Part shown: positions 59,788 to 64,000 of the stretch, piece after piece
Position numbering within the stretch: position 1 is the first letter of the stretch
Layout: the number at the start of each line of letters is the position of its first letter
Assembly: GCA_047947115.1 (NCBI GenBank)
Contig: CP170459.1
Location: 4,640,001 to 4,704,000 of the forward strand
From: Verrucomicrobiota bacterium
GTDB lineage: Bacteria; Verrucomicrobiota; Verrucomicrobiia; Limisphaerales; AAA164-E04
Direction of reading: 5' to 3'
DNA length: 64,000 bases
Position numbers and translations under genes: made by a program
The notes under the pieces: model-generated
Database searches by the model: none
Told to the model about the DNA's origin: nothing
The model's input: the letters and a program-made list of their open reading frames with translations, nothing else

Positions 59788-60803
59788 TCTAACCTCCCTT
59801 TCTGCGAGCCGTATACTTTGGGCTCAATCCAATTATCGATGTGAGTCGACGCGGCATTACCCAGAAGAATGGCATACATCACACCCTCAGGCATGCCTCC
59901 CCACACTCGAATCACCACCACCAACAGGCCAATCAACACCCCATATATCACACTCCCCAAATGGGTCATCGGAGAAGCGACCATGTCGGTGGCCATGAAC
60001 ACCGCGCCCAACATCAAGCCTCCGGACATCATCATAAAAACAGGACCGGCATAACGGCCTGGATCAGCCAAATGAAGCATACCACTGATCACCGCTACAG
60101 TGAACAAAACCGCAACAGGAATCCGCCAGTTCATCATGCCGCGGATGGCGAGATAAATCCCGCCCAATACAATCAATAACGCGCACGTTTCCCCGGCACT
60201 CCCCCCTACGGTACCGAGGAACAAATCTCGCGAAGATGTCAGAACTCCCTCAAACTTCCACGCGGACAAAGGCGTGGCGGCGGAGACAGCATCGTAGGCG
60301 GGTTGCGTGAAAGGCAGGGCCAAAGTGGAAGAAGGAAGCGACACGAATCGATTGGCAGGCATATCCGGCCAGGCCGTCATGGCCACCGGAAAGGCAGCCT
60401 GCAGAATGGCGCGCCCCACCAAAGCGGGGTTGAAAGGATTATAACCCAGCCCACCAAAAAGGAATTTGCCCAATCCCATTGCGGCAAACGCCCCGACCAC
60501 CACCATCCACAAGGCAAGACCGGGAGGCAAGGTCAGTCCGTACAACAAACCCGTGATCACAGCGGAACCATCCCCCACGCTGGTTGCCTGTCCGGAGAGT
60601 CGACAAAACATATGCTCGAAGGCGACACACGCGGCGACAGCGGTTCCGATGGTCAACAAGGCCGCCAGGCCGAACTGGTAAACGGCAAATGCGGCAACAG
60701 GCAACAAGGCCAACACGACATTGAACATGATGGTATCCACGCTGTGCCCGCTGGCAATATGCGGAGAACTACGAATTTCCAACACTTTCGTCCACTTCAT
60801 CAT
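59784..60803 (-). CDS. rnfD: Rnf/Rsx complex subunit D
   Basis: SSPH, FGGLGYNPFNPALVGR, DAVSAATPL, FMATD and PEGV.YAIL. Start at ATG 60803 inferred. Confidence 0.93.
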   Translation of the reverse strand: MMKWTKVLEIRSSPHIASGHSVDTIMFNVVLALLPVAAFAVYQFGLAALLTIGTAVAACVAFEHMFCRLSGQATSVGDGSAVITGLLYGLTLPPGLALWMVVVGAFAAMGLGKFLFGGLGYNPFNPALVGRAILQAAFPVAMTAWPDMPANRFVSLPSSTLALPFTQPAYDAVSAATPLSAWKFEGVLTSSRDLFLGTVGGSAGETCALLIVLGGIYLAIRGMMNWRIPVAVLFTVAVISGMLHLADPGRYAGPVFMMMSGGLMLGAVFMATDMVASPMTHLGSVIYGVLIGLLVVVIRVWGGMPEGVMYAILLGNAASTHIDNWIEPKVYGSQKGRLE

Positions 60804-62140
60804 GCCGGTGCCTTTGCTTTGCGGACCACCATTTTGGCAACCCTGATTTTTTGGACCAAAGGAATATGGGAAGGGCACACAAAAGTACAACATCCACACT
60901 CAAAACAATCCATCAAATGAAAATCTTCGACCATGCGTTGATGCTTTCCAGCAGAAGCCAGCAGCCCCAATTGTGATGGATTCAGGAAGATCGGGCAGAC
61001 ATCCACACAGTAAGCACATCGGATACATGGATACTCCTTGCGCGTTTTCAATCGGCCGCTTTCGTGTTCCGTAAAAGCGATGATGCCGGTGGTTCCTTTG
61101 GTCACTCGAATATCAAGACTCGAAACCGCCTGCCCCATCATCGGACCGCCCAGGAAAACGCGTGTAATATCCTCTTCCACACCGACGGTCTCCAACACAA
61201 ACCGCAACGGAGTGCCGATTTGAATGCGGTAATTCCCCTTCTTCTTCACACCTGGACCCCCAACGGTGATGACACGTTCCTGAATACCGTTACCATTGGG
61301 GAGCAACCGGCCTATCTCGGCAGTCGTGCCCACATTGACCACCACGGCATGGACATCCAGTGGCAGCTTGCCCGAGGGAATCTGCCGTCCGGTCAAAGCC
61401 GTGATCAACATTTTTTCGGCGCCTTGCGGGTATTTGACGGGAAGCACCACGACTTCGGCAGGCAGATCCTTTGGTTTGCCACTTCGGAGGGCCTCTGCGG
61501 CATCCGGTTTATTGGATTCGACGGCGATGATCACGCGCTCTGCTCCCGTGGCACGCATCAGGTAGGAGATTCCAGCGTATATATCCGCAGTGTGCTCCAA
61601 CATCACGCGATGATCCGTCGTCAACATGGGTTCACATTCGGCTCCGTTGATGATCAACGTGTCCACGTGTTTACCGTCGGGGATTTTCAATTTTGCGTGA
61701 GTCGGAAACCCTGCACCACCGAGCCCGACGACGCCGGCTTGTTGAATCGCATCGACGATTTCCTCCGGCGTTGCAGTGGCAGCATCACAAGGTTTGCCCT
61801 CCGCAATCTCCTGGGTGGAAGCGGCAAAAGGTTCGATAAAGATTCCTTTGACCATGCGTCCTGTGATACTGGGCACCAGACTGATGCTTCGAACCGTGCC
61901 CGATGCGGGCGCATGCATGGCCACCGAAAGAAACCCATCGGGTTTTGCGATACATTGTCCACGCATAACTTCCTGACCTTCCCTTACAATCGGAACGGCG
62001 GGCTTGCCTATGTGCTGCGACAAAGGAACAGCCAAGGTGCCGGCAAAGGGAAACTGGCGTATGGCCAATCCACACGTTTCCTCCTTCAAGCCCGGCGGAT
62101 GTATGCCATGGGCGAATGTTTTACTTCCGAAGAAGACCAT
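60800..62140 (-). CDS. rnfC: Rnf/Rsx complex subunit C
   Basis: QHIG.PA, GLGGAGFPT, INGAECEP, KYPQGAEK and GGPMMG; CIRC..C...CP and CFECGCC..VCP. Confidence 0.95.
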   Translation of the reverse strand: MVFFGSKTFAHGIHPPGLKEETCGLAIRQFPFAGTLAVPLSQHIGKPAVPIVREGQEVMRGQCIAKPDGFLSVAMHAPASGTVRSISLVPSITGRMVKGIFIEPFAASTQEIAEGKPCDAATATPEEIVDAIQQAGVVGLGGAGFPTHAKLKIPDGKHVDTLIINGAECEPMLTTDHRVMLEHTADIYAGISYLMRATGAERVIIAVESNKPDAAEALRSGKPKDLPAEVVVLPVKYPQGAEKMLITALTGRQIPSGKLPLDVHAVVVNVGTTAEIGRLLPNGNGIQERVITVGGPGVKKKGNYRIQIGTPLRFVLETVGVEEDITRVFLGGPMMGQAVSSLDIRVTKGTTGIIAFTEHESGRLKTRKEYPCIRCAYCVDVCPIFLNPSQLGLLASAGKHQRMVEDFHLMDCFECGCCTFVCPSHIPLVQKIRVAKMVVRKAKAPA

Positions 62141-62151
62141 ATCGCATTCCG

Positions 62152-64000
62152 TCAGTTAAATTTCCTTGCCCGGGCAATCAGTTTTTCGACGCCCTTTTCG
62201 TTGTGATCTTTTGGCAATCCAGGATGGATCACCTGCGCCGTGCATCGTTCAGCCGCTTTCACGAGATCCTTGTAGGGACCTCCGAGAGGATCCTTGATGG
62301 TCGCTTTTTTCGATTCGTTATAAACAAAGATATTTGGATTGATGTTGATGCATTCGTCACAAGAGGTGCACTGCGGACTGTCGATCCACGGTGCCTGGTA
62401 GTTGCCGTTGACTCCCGACGTCTCTTCTGTGGCGGCAACTTCCCCCTGAGTCAGGGCCGCAGCGGCATGGACGGCATCGCCCCCCATCAACTGCATCAAT
62501 CCGGCAGCCAATCTCCGGGTAAGCTCTCCCCTCACCCGATCGGCGATTTCGGATTCGGATGGCTGTTCGTCGGCCACCCGCGCTATGGAACGCAGCATGA
62601 TCCAGAAATCGCGCCGTTCTTCGCAGGCGTGCACGATCGGCGCAGCAACCAACAGGCGTGTCAGTTGATTTTTCCGATCCACCGTCCACACATAAGGAAA
62701 ACAACCTTCACGCTCGTCCTCCGGCAATTCGATAAACTCGGCAAGCGGCACCATGTTTTCGTTCCAGGTATCCGGAGGAGCGATTCGGAAATGTTTACGA
62801 AACCGAATCTCGGTCAAGGCAAAATCACCAAAGGTCAGAGGCAATACCATCGATTTGTCACGCAAACCCTCTTTGTAATTCAGGGTATAGGTCGGCCAAA
62901 GTTGGTCGGCAGCCGGATTGCCATCGAGGTCGAAACACTCCTCAGGACGAGTACCCAGATCGGGGTTGTATTTGAACAGCGGGTAAGCGCGTGATTCCAC
63001 GGCCAGTTTGGCCTGGTCATGACTCTTGTCATCGCCAATACCATGTTCCGGCTGGCAGGAGGTATAAATATTGAACAAGGCCGGACGTCGCGCCTTCAAT
63101 CCTTGAATAAACCCTTCTATCATGTGATTCGCATTGGAAATGGCGCTTTGAAGGACATACGTCGTGCGGTGGGCCATCCCGATCAAACCCATTTCCTTGC
63201 GGATCTCCTCCTTGCCCTTGATGGCCTTGCCGTACTGAGCCATGTCGGAAACCTGACCAAAGAAGCCGGAAGTGCACGCCTGTCCTCCGGTATTGGAATA
63301 AACCTGAGTATCCAGCACCAGCACCTTGATCGGTTTACCCGACATCAGCGCGCGAGAAAGATTTTGGAAACCGATGTCATACATCGCACCATCCCCACCG
63401 ATGGCCACCACCGGCGGACACAATTCCCATTCCTCATCAGTGAACTGATGCCAGTTGAAATAAGTCAGAAACTCTTCATGTTCGACCGGATTGTATTTGC
63501 CGGACAATTCCAGTTCCGCCATCCGGATCGCCTTGAAACCCTCGGCCATCTTTGCCATGTGACCTTCAAAAATCCCCATGGCCACCGAGGCGGGATCCTG
63601 GAACAAATGATTTGCCCAAGGAACGGGATACGGATTGAGCGGATAGGTGCTTCCCCAAACGGAAGAACAACCGGTCGCATTGAGAATCCCCATCTTGGCA
63701 CGTCCGTTCCCGGTAATGCCCGCAGTGTAACGCCACTTGAGCATCTTCAAAGACGTCACCAATCCGGTCACGCGGCGCAGCCAATCTTGATCGATGGGTT
63801 CACCACCACTCATCTCTTCCACCTTGGTGGCGATGCTTGCCAGGGTGACATCCCCCGTTCCCACTTTACTGAGCGCTTCGGTGAAGGATTCCGTATTGCC
63901 AACATTGATGACTTTGGTGATTTCGAGCTGGATATGCCTTTTCAGTTTGTCGATCAATTCCGTCAGATAGGCGACGTGACGCTCCACCCGTGGCTGCATC
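62152..64000 (-). CDS. Pyruvate:ferredoxin-type 2-oxoacid oxidoreductase, C-terminal part with fused ferredoxin (5' end outside the window)
   Basis: NATGCSSVWG, LFQD, TPP motif GGDGAMYDIG and DTQVYSNTGGQ; tail CTSCDEC...C. Confidence 0.88.
   Translation of the reverse strand, partial: MQPRVERHVAYLTELIDKLKRHIQLEITKVINVGNTESFTEALSKVGTGDVTLASIATKVEEMSGGEPIDQDWLRRVTGLVTSLKMLKWRYTAGITGNGRAKMGILNATGCSSVWGSTYPLNPYPVPWANHLFQDPASVAMGIFEGHMAKMAEGFKAIRMAELELSGKYNPVEHEEFLTYFNWHQFTDEEWELCPPVVAIGGDGAMYDIGFQNLSRALMSGKPIKVLVLDTQVYSNTGGQACTSGFFGQVSDMAQYGKAIKGKEEIRKEMGLIGMAHRTTYVLQSAISNANHMIEGFIQGLKARRPALFNIYTSCQPEHGIGDDKSHDQAKLAVESRAYPLFKYNPDLGTRPEECFDLDGNPAADQLWPTYTLNYKEGLRDKSMVLPLTFGDFALTEIRFRKHFRIAPPDTWNENMVPLAEFIELPEDEREGCFPYVWTVDRKNQLTRLLVAAPIVHACEERRDFWIMLRSIARVADEQPSESEIADRVRGELTRRLAAGLMQLMGGDAVHAAAALTQGEVAATEETSGVNGNYQAPWIDSPQCTSCDECININPNIFVYNESKKATIKDPLGGPYKDLVKAAERCTAQVIHPGLPKDHNEKGVEKLIARARKFN

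Overview
Chromosomal window from a PVC-superphylum bacterium, most likely Verrucomicrobiota. This is inferred from the prepilin/H-X9-DG protein, the PVC-type GSDH-CxxCH protein and GTAG-type REPs. 1-41 kb is mostly backbone: hydrolases, an orphan SEDS protein, a sahR-metK-ahcY SAM-cycle cluster with mtnA, trkAH, rsmI, system II cytochrome c biogenesis, a flavinylated TPR protein with a NapH/MauM-like polyferredoxin, and REP arrays. tRNA-Gly(CCC) at 41022-41095 is followed by a decayed, integrase-less defence island of about 14.5 kb (41.1-55.6 kb). The island holds rhuM and an EcoAI-like type I R-M system whose hsdM has two nonsense codons. It also holds a second type I R-M locus reduced to short peptide stubs (hsdM'-'hsdS, two hsdR 5' stubs). 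These stubs still couple a PHP+ABC ATPase (Ppl/TrlF-like), a 795-aa fusion of a degenerate N6-methyltransferase, a TRD and HEPN-like motifs, and a frameshifted GIY-YIG gene. The 795-aa fusion is the best candidate for an undescribed system (possible R-M decoy/abortive-infection effector). The right end is an operon with a PFOR-like enzyme carrying a C-terminal ferredoxin, rnfCDGEA (no rnfB visible), a small Cys-rich protein, an FNR and apbE. All family assignments are by motif recognition; no database searches were run.
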